Positions 49,173 through 62,601 are shown, counted from the first letter of the whole stretch. The stretch is DNA of 62,975 bases, filler included, from Choristocarpus tenellus KU-1152 (GCA_964200185.2; 9 parts of 9 records of this genome joined end to end with filler, not necessarily neighbours in it), one strand, 5' to 3'. The notes: a model not told the origin generated them from the letters alone. Program-made: numbers and translations.

Positions 49173-50746
49173 CAAGGACAGATCGAAGGTGGGGAATGTC
49201 AGCTACTCGTCTGATCGCCGTTTGTTATGACTGATAGAGGGTAGAAGACACTTCTCAAAGATACGTTAGCCTCACCATTCCTCCCAGGCTCAACCCAACA
49301 GAATTGCGCATAATGTACAGGATTATCAAAGTGTGTCTATTTGATAAGTACGGCACTGAGGAGTCGTACTTTGCGGGGAGCGACTTGATGGTGAGATCGA
49401 TCGTGAAGACATCCAAGTTTTTAATAGCGATTTCTCACAGCCTTGTCCTTCCCAGCGATATTGAATAAGCAGACAAAAGAGGTCTCAAATATAAATGGTG
49501 TGGCAAAGAGGAAAACACCAAGTCATCCTGTCATATTTCAATTGTTATTTACCATCACATTGACGGACCTGTGAAACGATGTCTTCCATACTGCGGTTGA
49601 AACAAAGTTGCTTATGCACCACCCACACGGACGTGTTCACCTTGTGGGTGTGGGAGTGACTCTGGTGTTGGGGGAACACCTGAAGGCAACTTACTGGGGA
49701 AATGGGAAATTGTTTTTGATCGTTAAATTCGACCAGTTCTGGATAGGTCTCGGAAAAATGGTAAAAAAAGAGGAATCGTGGTGTGTTCCTAATGGTGTAA
49801 AAATTGAGTAGTGACAATCTTATATATGTTTTTATTATTATGCCCTCTGACATTTTACAGATGTGTCAGTCAGGGGGGAAACCAATGAAAACTATATATA
49901 TGTCGTTGTCAGCCCTAAAGAAATAAAATATATTGTGATTCTTGATGGGGTCCAAAATCCACCAATTAGGAAAGTGTTTTAGGCATTATAGCAATAGTGG
50001 AGAGAAAGCGTCAGTTCAGGTCCATCTAAATATTTGCAATTTTTATATTATTATGCGGAGTGAAGTACAGTCAATGTACCTATATATATTATTATGCCCT
50101 CTGACATTTTGCAGATGTGTCAGGGGGAAACCAATGAAAACTATATACATACGNNNNNNNNNNNNNNNNNNNNNNNNNNNNNNNNNNNNNNNNNNNNTTA
50201 ATTAATTAANNNNNNNNNNNNNNNNNNNNNNNNNNNNNNNNNNNNNNNNNNNNCCCCCTCCAGGTCTGGAATCTACTGGCATTGCCCCGCTTGCATCCTC
50301 GGGTTAAGCGACCAAACGCACCACTCAGAAGGCAAGAGAATCAATCAAGCAAGAAAGAGGTTTGATCACTAACTACATTGCAGGGTGCGTACTTAGAAAG
50401 CCAGAACAGTCGGTACCCAATGTCAAGGGCACCTACCATAAGAGATGCGCATCCTATCGCTGCGCACACCACACAAGGCATGCATGCATGCAGCTTACCG
50501 TGTGCCCTACTGCTACTCACACTCGCAAAAAAAAAAAAAAATTAAAGTTCATCGCTCGCTCGGTATACTATTTTTTTTGTTTTTACTTGAAAAAAGAAAG
50601 AGAAAGTACATCATTTGGTTTATAGTTTTTAGGGGTTTTTTATGTACAGGAATATAAACATACAAAAAAAAGCCCCCCTCGCTAACCACACGAGCAGACT
50701 ATGACATGTACCCCTTGGGTACTACCTGATACTCACTTGGGAGTAC

Positions 50747-50749
<3 letters not shown>

Positions 50750-50783
<34 letters not shown>
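50750..50783. repeat. (GA)n microsatellite
   Basis: Direct dinucleotide run. Confidence 0.9.
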
Positions 50784-50786
<3 letters not shown>

Positions 50787-51277
50787 CTCACGCGTACATA
50801 TGATTCAATCAACCCTACACCCCCCAAAGCCTTACAGTGGAAGCAAAAAATAGCAAACAGAAAGCACAAACAAACAAAAGTCCATCAATTTATTGAATCA
50901 CGCTCACACCGATCAGCATATATAATGCCTAGGTGCATTCAGTAGAACCAGCAACTAACGCTGGAACTCTACCTGTGACCCAGTGGGGAAAATCATCCAG
51001 CTGACAAAGAGGGAAGATTTAGACAGACAGGTAGATAGCCAGCAGCATCAGGAAAATGGAAGCATCAATCGCAACACACACACACACACACAAAGCTTCA
51101 TCACCTCGACAGTGTTGCCCACCTCCACGTGATTTTTGAAGTGGGTAACATGGAGCTTCATCTATCTGTGCTAAGGGGCTTCAGGAATACAGCACATCCT
51201 CTGTTTAGCTGATTTAGCAAAGGTTGCTTGCCTGAGGGATGGTGCAACTTCTTAGTGGTAGCCATTACCCTCACCCT

Positions 51278-54238
51278 TATCCTCCTCTGCCTCTCCTTCT
51301 CAGCAGCATGGACCGCCCACTCCTGCCAACACCTCCTCTCCACCAACTCCGCTTCACTCTCATCCGACAGCACCCTCTGCCTCTCCCCCATCCCCGCAGC
51401 CCCCTTCATTATCGCAGTTCCATCTGAGAAATCGAGCTAAATATATATATATATAGAGAGAGAGAGATATATACACATATGAAAGAAAAAAAAATGTATA
51501 GATCATAGCATCGGGGAGAAGACAGGGTCGGAATGTGGTGAAAAAACAAAAGTTCAGCTTGCAGAAAGTCAGTACAGCTTGTTCAGGCATTCGTGTGTCA
51601 AGCAATATATTGCAATACTCCTTCTCCTGTGGCCCTTGTGAAAAGTGGTTACATACGATTAAATAACAAACATTCAGGCCAAATACCCTGCACTATTCTT
51701 ATATATTGAGGGCCGGAAGGGATGAAAAAAAAAATGTTCTTCCCCAAAACAGATTATTTTTTTTAACTCTTTACTGCACAAAGCATGAAGGATCCCTCCT
51801 CACCGAATCAAGCCTTGAAAATCAACCACATTAACAACGAATCGGCACATCTTTTCTCCGATCAAATGGAACTCTAATTACGCCAAAACTCATAGAGAGT
51901 CAATGTACCCAGCAGAGGGGGATGAAATGAAAAGTTACCTGATCCACCTCGGAGTCGTAGCCCTCAATGTCTGCATTGTCCCGGTGCCTCCAAACTTGAT
52001 CTCCTCTCCCCAGCATCTCAAACCATCCCCCACTAACAACCTCTCCCCCCCCTCCCCCAGCAACACCTTCCCCCACAAACATCTCTTCCCCACCAACAAC
52101 TGTAGAAACTCCATTGGAGTGCACCCCACTGTGACCACCACCGTTTAAAACACCCCTTTCCACCCCCCAACTGCACAAGAAACTGTCTTGAAGGCCTGGT
52201 TCACTTTCCGGTGAATACTTCCTGAGGTGATGGTTACTCTCTGGTGAGTGTTCCAAGTCCAGCAGCAGCGAAATACAGCCATCAGAATGATTGCAGTGAG
52301 AATGGTTCAAATTATTGCCATCACTGCCACCATCTCTGGTACCAGCACGTGGAGGTCTTGGGATATCCTAGTGGTCAAACGGATAACAGAGCAATGCATG
52401 CGAAAGAAAGGAATGAATGTTTGTACAAGGTATGGAGAACGGAGGCAACTAAGCAAGGGAAATAGAGGTATCATGTATCGATAGCAATGTAGAGTCCTAC
52501 GTACACAAAACGAACAGTACAAGAATATTCCAAACTAATTCCACAATACACATGTACTGCATATATCATCCCATTGGCAACAGGAAAAAGATATCATGTA
52601 GAACCATAGATCCTAGAATAATTGGCTTTATTGTCCCACCAAGTATAGAAGTAAACTAGCCTTGAGTGAAATTATCTTAGAGGGTACGAGTTTTGCCCTA
52701 TTTATCCATTTGGGGCTTGACTTCCCATGGGGTTTTTTATGAAATTTTCGTACTCCAAAATATTTTGGAGTAGGTAAAATGTGTACGTTCAGAAAAGGTG
52801 TGTTCGGAACATAGATATTGACACGTCCTAACAAACACGATAGCCAAAATTACATCAAAATCGCAACATTGGATTTTGACTCCCAATTGGATGCGGCTCT
52901 ACCCTCTAAGAGACTTTGGATCCTTCATTAGGGTGAGGTTTTCAGTTCACATACAGAGTTATGGGAGGGTCTCACCAAAGAGACGGTTGGAGAGAGCAAC
53001 TTTGCTGGCAGCAGGTGTCCACTGGGAGTTAGTGGAGGACTCAAGCTTGACGAGTTCCGGTGAAGTAGTGTCAACCGTAGCTTTTCATCCCTCGAGGGAA
53101 TGCCTTCTCCTCGACCCTCTATCACCTGTGCCAGCCATTTGTCCTCGCATAAACCAAACCAGGGTCCACTGTTTCCCGCCCTGCTGCGGACCTTGACCCA
53201 GCGAGGGTTCTGAGGTATGGTGAGTGGGATGTCGGTGAAAGAGTCAGAAAAATCGTCAAGATTCTTCAAGACGGCAAGACGGGTTGGCTCCCTTGCATGC
53301 GGGAGCTTTAGAGGTCTGTAGGCATTATCTTTCTATCCCGAACACTCACGACAAGACTGAAGAGGTGTCTAAACAGTAACACAGTACATGGATGGTTGAT
53401 GGAAAACGGTCCAGTTGGTGGGAGAGCATATCCCGCTGAAAATTCTGAGCTGGAGCTCAAAGCAAATAATCTTCGTACACTCTTTGTTAACGAGCCTTGC
53501 AGTCGCACAACCTCGACATGGGAACCTTGTAGACAAGACATTACCTGTCTTTCGTCGGTCCTCCCCGAGCTGGACGTCAATCCTGAAGGAGGCAATGTGG
53601 GGTTTGCGTCTCTTCGGCGCCTGCGGCGTGTGCGAGGTCCTGCTCTTTCTTTCTTTTCCTGCTTCATGGAAGTACAGCCATTTGTACGAGGCACTAAGGT
53701 GGAGGGATGTGCTTGCATTGGATCGCCTTCTGTTGTGAAGGGTGGGACTATTGGAATGGTGCCTTCTCTCCTATGCACCAGAAGGCCACCGAGTCATCGA
53801 GGGATTGAGCACTTTAGCATAGTAATTTTTTTTAAGTGAGCACACTAACCACAATTTTGAAGGCTACCGAGAGGGGAGACGAACCAACAGGATGACAAAC
53901 CAGGTTAAGAAAAGCAACCATGACTGTTCAAACACATCTATATTCCAGCGATACTATTCTTAATCCACGGTAAGCAGAACTCTAAGGAACCCTTCCCGAA
54001 GCAAAATAGATCTAGAAAATATCAGAGATGTAAGCACATATAGTGAGGGAAACTTGAAGCAAGGTGAATATCTGTCTGCATGCATGCTATAGCCCATAGG
54101 TTTGTTCTCGTTGTCCAATAATCTGACCTTTGACGGTCTACTCACTCCCCCCGCAGCAAACGATTTAGCAGGCGGACAATAGGGCTTGGCCTTAGCTGAT
54201 AGTCCTGGCGAAAGTTGTGAAGGCTGAAGTTGGCTCAT
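51278..54238 (-). CDS. Multi-exon hypothetical protein with an N-terminal PAM2-like motif (approximate exons 54238-54128, ~53770-53545, ~53317-52975, ~52357-51938, ~51436-51278; 3' end unresolved)
   Basis: MSQLQPSQLSPGLSAKAKPYCP resembles PAM2 (L...A.xF.P). Several open minus-strand segments are bounded by AG/GT, but not all phases could be reconciled. Confidence 0.5.
52664..52921 (+). mobile_element. MITE family A, intronic
   Basis: TIRs with CCTT on both flanks; right end slightly degenerate. Confidence 0.85.
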
Positions 54239-55059
54239 CTTTCATCTTCAGTGTTGGTAGAAGGTATTATTCGAATTTGGTTTTAGTTCCTTGCCCTATG
54301 CCTATCCCTTAGTATCAACTAAACTACATACCACTATAACAATACTACTAAAACAGTATGATGACTATGATATGTATATATAGAGAGAGATGTTTTATTC
54401 TACACAAAATATTTAAGTATTCTTTACATTTTGAATTTGAAGGCTCGGGTCATTTCCCATTATCGTCACACTATCTCGGAGGAATATGCCTTCATTTCGC
54501 TATTTATTGTCAAAATGGGTTTGTTTTCGGGATTGTTCGGGACAATTGTTGACCTAAATGTTCGCTTTCTCTTTTCTCACAACCAATATTTTCACTTCAT
54601 CATACTATAAAGACGAACAGTTATATTGATAAGGCAAAGAATACAACACCACAATTAGGATGATAGGAATGAAGTGGAGGTTACTTGGTTTTTTGTACCT
54701 CATTCAACGCCTTCACTACTGGCAATCGCAATGTTCTGGATCATTGACTTAAATTTTCTTTAGTATTTGATTCAAACCACTGCACTGGTTGAGGTGAATT
54801 GGCTTGGTCTGGACGAGATAAAAATAATTGGTGATATTTTAACATTAATAATATTTAGAGATTTTTCTTTATCTTCGTTTAATTCAAGAACTTTATTTTC
54901 AATAAAAAGTCTAAATATTTACATACAAATAAAATCATGTTTTTTCTAAAAAATTGGTCTCGTATAGATTGGAAAATTAGACGCCATGTCTTGAATAAAA
55001 CTCCGCTTTTTAAGACCCACCCTTAATGAACTTATAAATCTGCCTTACATTGTCTGACC

Positions 55060-55660
55060 CGTTTCAAAATAGCACAGTGAATGTGTTCCAACCAAACTGC
55101 CTCAGTTCCTGGTAAGCATGAAATGCTGTTTGCTTCAAGGGTCAAGCTCCTTCGTTGCATAGCGACATCCTTCATTCGTTAGTTTGCCCACTCACCACTG
55201 TTGGCAAGTGCAAAAGCAACGGACAGTTTGTTCGCCCGTGGCTCAAGCGCTGACTTATCAATGCAGCCGAGCATTTCCAAAAAAGGCGGAAGGTGATTAG
55301 AGGAGCTGAAGGTTGCTTTTACCTTGCATAAGATTGAAGAGTGTCACATGTACTTCTTGGTAGACAGGAAAAGTTGAAACATGTTGACAGGGTAATCCTG
55401 AGGAGTGAGAACCATCACACCCTGTACAGGACTTAGCAATGGATCTAGTGAAAGCGCAACTCACACAAGCTTGTACCAGCTGAGCCCTCTCCCAAGAAGA
55501 ACTAAGAGTTCATTAATAAGAGTTTCTAAGGTAGTAAAAATGATGAGAGACAGGGACACCAATGGTCACTGCTCACCAATGCTCAGTAAGTCAGGTAGTA
55601 AACAAGCAGGTGTACCCGTGGCGAATGCCATGGAGTTGAACACAAGGGATGCCAATACTT
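55060..55660 (-). CDS. Possible small-exon 3' end of an unknown gene
   Basis: Short AG/GT-bounded open segments (VLASLVFNSMAF..., TLINELLVLLGRGLSWYKL, DYPVNMFQLFLSTK, ELRQFGWNTFTVLF*); no recognisable domain. Confidence 0.3.
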
Positions 55661-55853
55661 AGGAATAGGATGGAGATTCTCTTCGAGACGCCCATCAACC
55701 CTCACAAGAGCCCTGTGATTCATAAGCACTTTACTACAGGCGTGCCCCAGGCAGGTTAGTTACCTAAACCAGATCGGGCTGATGACATTGGCAGAGGGGT
55801 TGATGTTGCTGCCCATCTGACAATGACAGAAGGGAAACTGTAATTGAGTTTCC

Positions 55854-55875
55854 GACCCAAAGTATCTGGGAGGGG
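55854..55875. mobile_element. MITE family B terminus at contig end
   Basis: GACCCAAAGTATCTGGGAGGGG running into the gap. Confidence 0.7.
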
Positions 55876-56421
55876 NNNNNNNNNNNNNNNNNNNNNNNNN
55901 NNNNNNNNNNNNNNNNNNNTTAATTAATTAANNNNNNNNNNNNNNNNNNNNNNNNNNNNNNNNNNNNNNNNNNNNAATGGTTTAAAGTACTGATCAGTTG
56001 GGCGTGTTCCATTGGTTTGGGGGGGTTCTCTGAAACAGAGACGGGGGGGGGGGGAAGGAAGGGGAGATTTCCTTGGTCCTTGCCCTCAAGTAATGACCTC
56101 AACATCAACATCACAGCCACTACCACAACTGATACTTGAAAAAACACTCATACTGAAACAAGTATCATGCGGATGCTTTTCATTGACTTCTCTTTAAACC
56201 TTGACACAACAAAATTTTCACCATACTAGAAGTCTCCTCGCATCTATCATTAGACACATATTGGACTTCAATTCTCCTCCAGAACATTATACTTTACAAA
56301 CAAACAAAAGACTGCTTACGCCCCAACTAACGCAAAGTTCATTGGATGCAAGATAATGCCATGAGTGAAGTACACAACCCTGTACACCCCATCCCCTCGA
56401 ACCCCGCAAGGTCTCCCTCAC

Positions 56422-58403
56422 CGCATCAGCCATGTCAAGATCGGATGCAATCCTGTCTCGCAGGGTGCGCATCGTGGGCTCTGCAGCACCTGTAGAGGAG
56501 GAAGTGCCCCCTCCCCCACCACCTGACTTCTGGACAAAGTCTGTTGAGAATATGGGATTCTTGGACAAGGACCCTCGGAAGAACTCCTAGTACAATTGTG
56601 TACAAAACATCCAAGAGCAACAGCAATAGCATTATAGATTTAGAATTAGGGTCAAGAGTGCAATTATCTCATCAGATACACTTTGCCAATGGAAAGGATA
56701 GTGGTCAGAACAACGACGAATATAGACCAAAAAAAAAACACCGCCCACACAGAAAAAAAAAATCTTGAAAAAAAAATCTACACTCAAAACCTCCAAACAG
56801 CCTACGTATGGCATAGCAACTCCGACACAAGGGCACTCACGCTGAACATACTCAATAAGCCTACCGCCCAATCCCAACCAACCCCTACCTAGGCTTTGCA
56901 ACTATGTAGAGGAATGACCATGATGGGACACACCTACTAGCAAAAAACACGTCACCCCCCCCCCCCCCCCCCCCCTCTCCCCCCCAAACCACCCACCCCC
57001 CCACGCGGAGCCCCCCCCCCGGGGACCTGGGACCNNNNNNNNNNCAAAAACCCCGCCCCCCCCCCCCCCCTCCAGCTTATCACCCCAAAAGCACTGACCT
57101 CCTGAGTCGGAGCCCGGCGCAGGAGTACCTTGAACCGTGGAAGGTGCCTGGGTGGATCCACAATATCATTCATTCCTCGCAAAAGTCGACCCACTGCCCC
57201 CACCGAGAGCAGACCATTTGGCATAATGTCCCCCAGTCCCCTTCCCTCCCTCCTCCCCCCTGCCCCAGCCCTGCTGCTTCCAGAGGTGTGCTGGGTGTAC
57301 GAGCCTGGTTTGATGTTCTCAACCAGTACCCTCACTGAAGAGCAAAGGTAAGGGCGCTTGAGTCCGTCCGGAACCACCACCGTTGATCCTGCACTCAACC
57401 TTCCCGATGTTCCTCCTGTGCTTGATGCTGATTGGGATGACTGTAGGCCAATGAGACGCTCAAGGATCTCTGTGGCAAGGGTGATGTGCCTGCTTCGACA
57501 TTGTCCAGCACACACCACATTCACAAAAATCATAGGGAGGCCACACATCAACAAAAGAGTGGAGGATTTATAACACTGCAAAGGCCCAATCACAACAAAA
57601 TTAAGGGAACTAGGTGATGCCAGAGCACTGGGTGAGAAAGTCCGTTAGTGTGTAGTGCTTTGACTACCTACGTCATCTATCCAAGACCACTTCAAGTGAG
57701 CACAATGACATCATGGCATTCAATGCGCAGAGCGAGCAGTGGGGGGTGGGCTTGGCCGAATGAACAACACTCCCCCCCGCATGCCTTTGAATAACCCTAA
57801 CCCTGAGACTATCCAAAGATATAGCCCACGCCTAGCCTAAGAAACCAACCCCAAACCAGGTCTACAACCCTAACCCTAAGTCACATCACACCAGGAAATA
57901 TCCACCTACCTACTGCGTAGCAGCACCAGTCCACGCACACGAATCAGCGTCTCCACAGCAGACACCAGATGCCCATCACCACTCCGACCACTCCCTCGGG
58001 CTTCCCTCGCTGCTACAGAAGTCGCCTCAACCTCCATTCCCGACAGGTCCAACGACAACTCATCCTCTGGGGGAATTGCAGGCCCATCCCCTCCTCTTCC
58101 CCTCCCCCCTCGCCCTCTCACATCACCTGCACCGCCAACTGAGCTCCTGCCTCCAACGCCCACAGGTGGCATTGCCTTGGGTTGGCTCTCCAATCCCAGA
58201 GGCATATCTTGTGAAGTGCACGCTTGTTCCCCAGCCCCGCTCCAGCTCCCAACACGGTGGACGATATCAAATGAACGATTGATTGTCACAATTGACTCCA
58301 ACATACGGAGAAGGAGAACTCCACTTCGTGCTGGCAGAGGTCGCATTCCTCTTCGCTGAGGCCTCATGACGGTTGACGCCTCCTCTGCCTCCAGTCGCCT
58401 AGC
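56422..58403 (-). CDS. UBR4: UBR4/BIG-like E3 ubiquitin ligase, internal fragment; exons 58403-57910, 57489-57099, 56586-56422
   Basis: Spliced F.V.LRRAPTQE|EFFRGSLSKNP.....PTMRTLRDRIASDLDM matches the UBR4/BIG motif TQEEF.RG.M.KNPY...P.MRD...KI..DL; exon phases are consistent. Confidence 0.85.
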
Positions 58404-60548
58404 CTGCTTCAAACAAAGAAAAAAAAAAGATTGAGGAGAGGGGGGAGGGGGGAGGGGGGAGGGGGGAGGAAGGAGGGGGGTGGGGGGTGGGAGGTGGGAG
58501 GTGGGGGGGGGGGGGAGGGAGGGAAGAAAAAAAAGGACGCANNNNNNNNNNNNNNNNNNNNNNNNNNNNNNNNNNNNNNNNNNNNTTAATTAATTAANNN
58601 NNNNNNNNNNNNNNNNNNNNNNNNNNNNNNNNNNNNNNNNNGCAACATTTACAAAAAAAAACATATCGGCACTTTTTCCGCACCATTTTCGGTCAAAACC
58701 ATCCTCAATCTTTATAATCCACTGTTATCGGAACATTGTTGCTTGTATAGGAAGGCCTTCATTGTAGGCAATACAGAGGCTTTTGCTTTTTTTGTGTATT
58801 TTCAGTCTTACGTGATTCCTCCTTTGTTCCCTCCATGGCAGCATCGGCAAAATGCATGGGAGTATAAAATGGTGCTTTACAAACGCGGAATCCTGAAGAC
58901 ACATGGCATCTATCTACATACGTATTATTACGAGGTATCAAATCGATTCAGACGTTTTTAGTTTTTTTGTTCTGCTAGCTGACGAAGACAGTGCAAGAAG
59001 GGTGTGACTCTTGTGGAAGAAACTTCCTCTGGCGGGTGTTGTTCCTCTCTTTGCACAGCACAGATAAAAAAAAGATGATACCCGTTACTTGTTCAAAGAT
59101 TTGAAATTGACGAAAATAGGGCAGTAGATGCATTATTGATCATCTCTTCTTCTCGTTGTGCTGCATATAGAGAGTCCTGCTTGTGTACTGCTAATACTCT
59201 CTTTTTCTTCTCTGCCCCTGGGTATATCTTGAGTGTAGTGTATGTGGAAGGGGTTGAGGTACAATCTTAGAATATTCTTTGTGGTACAAATATTGAAGTA
59301 TATGTACTAAGAACATGAAGTTTTATAAAATAGTTTAAATTCTGTATCAGGAAGGAGTACATTTTTGTTCCCTGTACTATACACAATTTTTTTCATGCAG
59401 CTTTTAAAATTGGAAGTGACAGTAACAGGCTGAACCTTTACCATAAAAAAAAAAAAGGATGGGGATTCAAGAAAAAATATGTACGTATTTTTTAGGTATT
59501 CAGGTCGGTATCGCACTTTGCACTTCATTGCTTTCGAGCGATCATCTGAATCATTAAAAAAAGTGAAGTATATCGTTCTACTGCTGCTGCCGTCAGTTTA
59601 TTATTCAATACCTGGTTCTTTCATCACTAGAGCATTCCTATGTCCACCATTTTATTGTCTAGCGTTGCTATGACTCACTGCATTTATACTACTCCCAGGG
59701 TATAGATTTCATAAATTTCCACCATTGTTGGATGCCTATGTATCCTTTAGTTGTGCTTGAGGAGCAAATAAAAATATATCCAGTTTGTGCTGGAAAGCCG
59801 GTTTCCCCAACAAACTCAGAGGTTGAAACTGGCAAAATAATATGAGGGGGTCCATAGGTCAGTATGAAGGCATGCTGAGTTATACCCATGAAGGTACCAA
59901 CTAAATATGTCAAAAATCTTTTGGGTTCTCGCAACCATATACCATGCAATCCACTCCACCACCACCTCTCCATTTTATGCCCTTACGTTTATGGAACAAT
60001 AAATACAATGAGTAAGGAGGGGCTTGTTAGATTCTTGGGATGCTTCCCTAGCTCCTCACCCCGGGGTGTAGGACTACCCTACGTTGGAGGTACAGGAGGG
60101 CGGTGGTGTAGCATAGCTGGTTGTAAAATAGCAACAATGTAGAAATCCACCCACATACACCCTCTCCTCCTGAAAAACCCAATACATCTTTCAAGGCAGC
60201 ATCTATCTTGTGGTATACTCTAAGAAAAAAAAAACTTGAAAAAAAAAGCACTTGACGGGGTCCAAACCTATCACCAGAAGAGTCTAAAATATATGTGACA
60301 ATAACTACGATATCCGCATTTGCCATCATCATCACACCAGCCCCATTCCCATCAACCCCTGATGCCCTCAACTATCCACTCCTCCATTCCCCTATTCCCT
60401 CCCTCCAGCAGCACATAATCAGTCCACCCCTCACCCTCTCACCACCTCTAAAATATTTGAACAATTTTCCTTCCGGTGAAGAGGTTTCCTCCTGCCATTC
60501 CTTGCCCTCAACACACTGTCCCCTCCTCCCCCTCTCTCCTCAAGACCA

Positions 60549-61531
60549 CTACTTACAATCGTCTTCCTCAGACTTGGCAACCGTCCTAATTCGGGTTCTG
60601 ACCGGACTCCTGATTTCCTTCTTCTTAACATTGCTTCTCTTTGTTCCGATAGTATCTTTCCCACCCTTAGTCTCCCCCCTCCCTCCACTCTCCCCATCAC
60701 ACCTCGCTCTGGGCTTCTTGGAGGATGCAACGACAGGTGCCTCAACTTTAACCTTTTTTTTGGCAGCTTTTGCGGTGGCTTTGTTTTCCTTTTCCTCTTT
60801 CTTGAATTCCTCCATTTCTTGTTGCAGGGCTGGTGGAAGCAGGATCTGCACAACCCCAGGAGAGGGCAACCCCAGTTGAATCACCACAGGAGAGAGCAAG
60901 GGTGGGTGCTTTCACATAGCAACATTGGGGGCTACACGGCAACTCATAGCAAGATGCAGACTTTAGTGCCTCGTACATGCCAACACATACTATTTATTCA
61001 CTTCAACGATAAAAATATGTATGAACTGAGGGGTTCTGTATATAACACAAAAGGAAAACTTCAACCAATGCAATAACCTCCATAACCACATTCGAACCAA
61101 TACAATGCCTTCTACATATAAACTACATAACGTACCGTAAGGATTGGGGGAAACGGTTGAAAAGAAAAGTTAAATACAATGTAACCGACAAAGTGCGCAG
61201 AATGATTAGGCACCAAACGGTTACACGAGCTAAGGGGTCAAGAGAGTAATCTGACCTATCCAAGCACTAACTGGAGGACGGACAGGGAGAAGGGGGAGGG
61301 ATGGAAGTACCAAACGCCATCTATATACTACAAGCAGTACAGTAATGAAGTCAACGGGTGGGGAATGGAAGTATCAAACAAACGCCATCGATACAATACA
61401 AGCAGTACAGTAATGAATGGGGGGGGGGGGGGGGGGGGGAGCACCAAAAAAACACCACCAAAACACAATAAAAAGGACAGAAAAAAAAACAACACACCCC
61501 GAAGGGAGGAAGCCACGCACCCGGCTGATCC

Positions 61532-61571
<40 letters not shown>

Positions 61572-62601
61572 GTGGTGGGGTAAGCACCAAACAAACGCCA
61601 TCGATACACTATAAGCAGTACAGTAACAAAGTCAACACACCCGGAAGGCAGGTAGTTCTGCAGCAAAAAGGAGACTGTGTGCCCAACCTGCGTAGTCACC
61701 AAACCGATCTCGAAACAGATCGCCAACTCTCTCATAAACCTTTGGCGTGAGAGATCTGCACCCAACACAAGTCAGGTCAGTTAATCTCCTTTCATTTCAT
61801 TTCGTGTCAGGTCAGCTTCACATCCATTAGCAGAGGTAAGTGCAGCAGGTGTTTGGGGGTATGAAGGCAGCTACCTCACTACGAAGGGTTCAGAAGGGAG
61901 CGTCAATATAGACTGGGGGGGGGAGTCTGGCCTAGGTATAGGAGGAGTTGAGGAAAAGAGAGCAAAATTTGAAGAAAAAAAAAAATCCTTCATTCTCTTG
62001 TGTACTGATACATTTCAGAAGCAAAAATATATATGTAGAATCACAGCTGAGTATCTACTATAGAGAGAAAAAAAATGCACCATCCAACGCTATTTTGACT
62101 GATGGATAACAATGTTCAAGCCAAGCAAAGATATCGAAACCCCACATACGAGGAACTCTACTCGGTCCCCCCTTGCCCCACATACATCAGACTGCCAACA
62201 ACATCACTATATATGCCTGGACACAGATATCGCAATTAACACTGCTGACAAAAAAAAATCTTGCATGTGGCTGTACACAGGAAGATTCATGGTTTTCCGC
62301 AAAATAGTCCGTGAGCAGGCATTACCACTGGGCAAGCCCCTCAGTCATTCAGTAACATCATTCTGCCGGCCAGCTTGCCAGGTCATTCATATTGCCAGCT
62401 TTCAGCACATCTTTGACCCCAAGTGCTATCTACAAGCCTAACCCCCCCCCTCAAGGGCCTAGGCTTCACGCCACTACATAGACCTTACTTGCACTCCTGA
62501 AGAGTAGAGTCAAAGTCCCGGCAGGCGATTCTCCAGACATGAACATCCACAGGGATGGCAGAAGATTGATCCAAGGAGAAGAGAGCCACACAGTCCGCCA
62601 C
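60549..62601 (-). CDS. OGG1: 8-oxoguanine DNA glycosylase, last three exons (62601-62489, 61755-61641, 60845-60549)
   Basis: VADCVALFSLDQSSAIPVDVHVWRIA and SLTPKVYERVGDLFRDRFGDYAGWAHSLLFAAEL are HhH-GPD/OGG1 signatures; basic C-terminal tail. Confidence 0.93.
61305..61650. repeat. Intronic imperfect triplication with poly-G runs
   Basis: CAAACGCCATC.ATA.A.TA.AAGCAGTACAGTAA occurs at ~61311, 61379 and 61592. Confidence 0.75.

Noticed and set aside
57790-57880. Telomere-like CCCTAA units (also ~40455 and ~48313)
   Set aside because: Only 1-2 units each, at internal positions; not a telomere.
56422-62601. OGG1-UBR4 linkage or fusion
   Set aside because: They are separated by an artificial linker, and OGG1 has its own stop at 60549.
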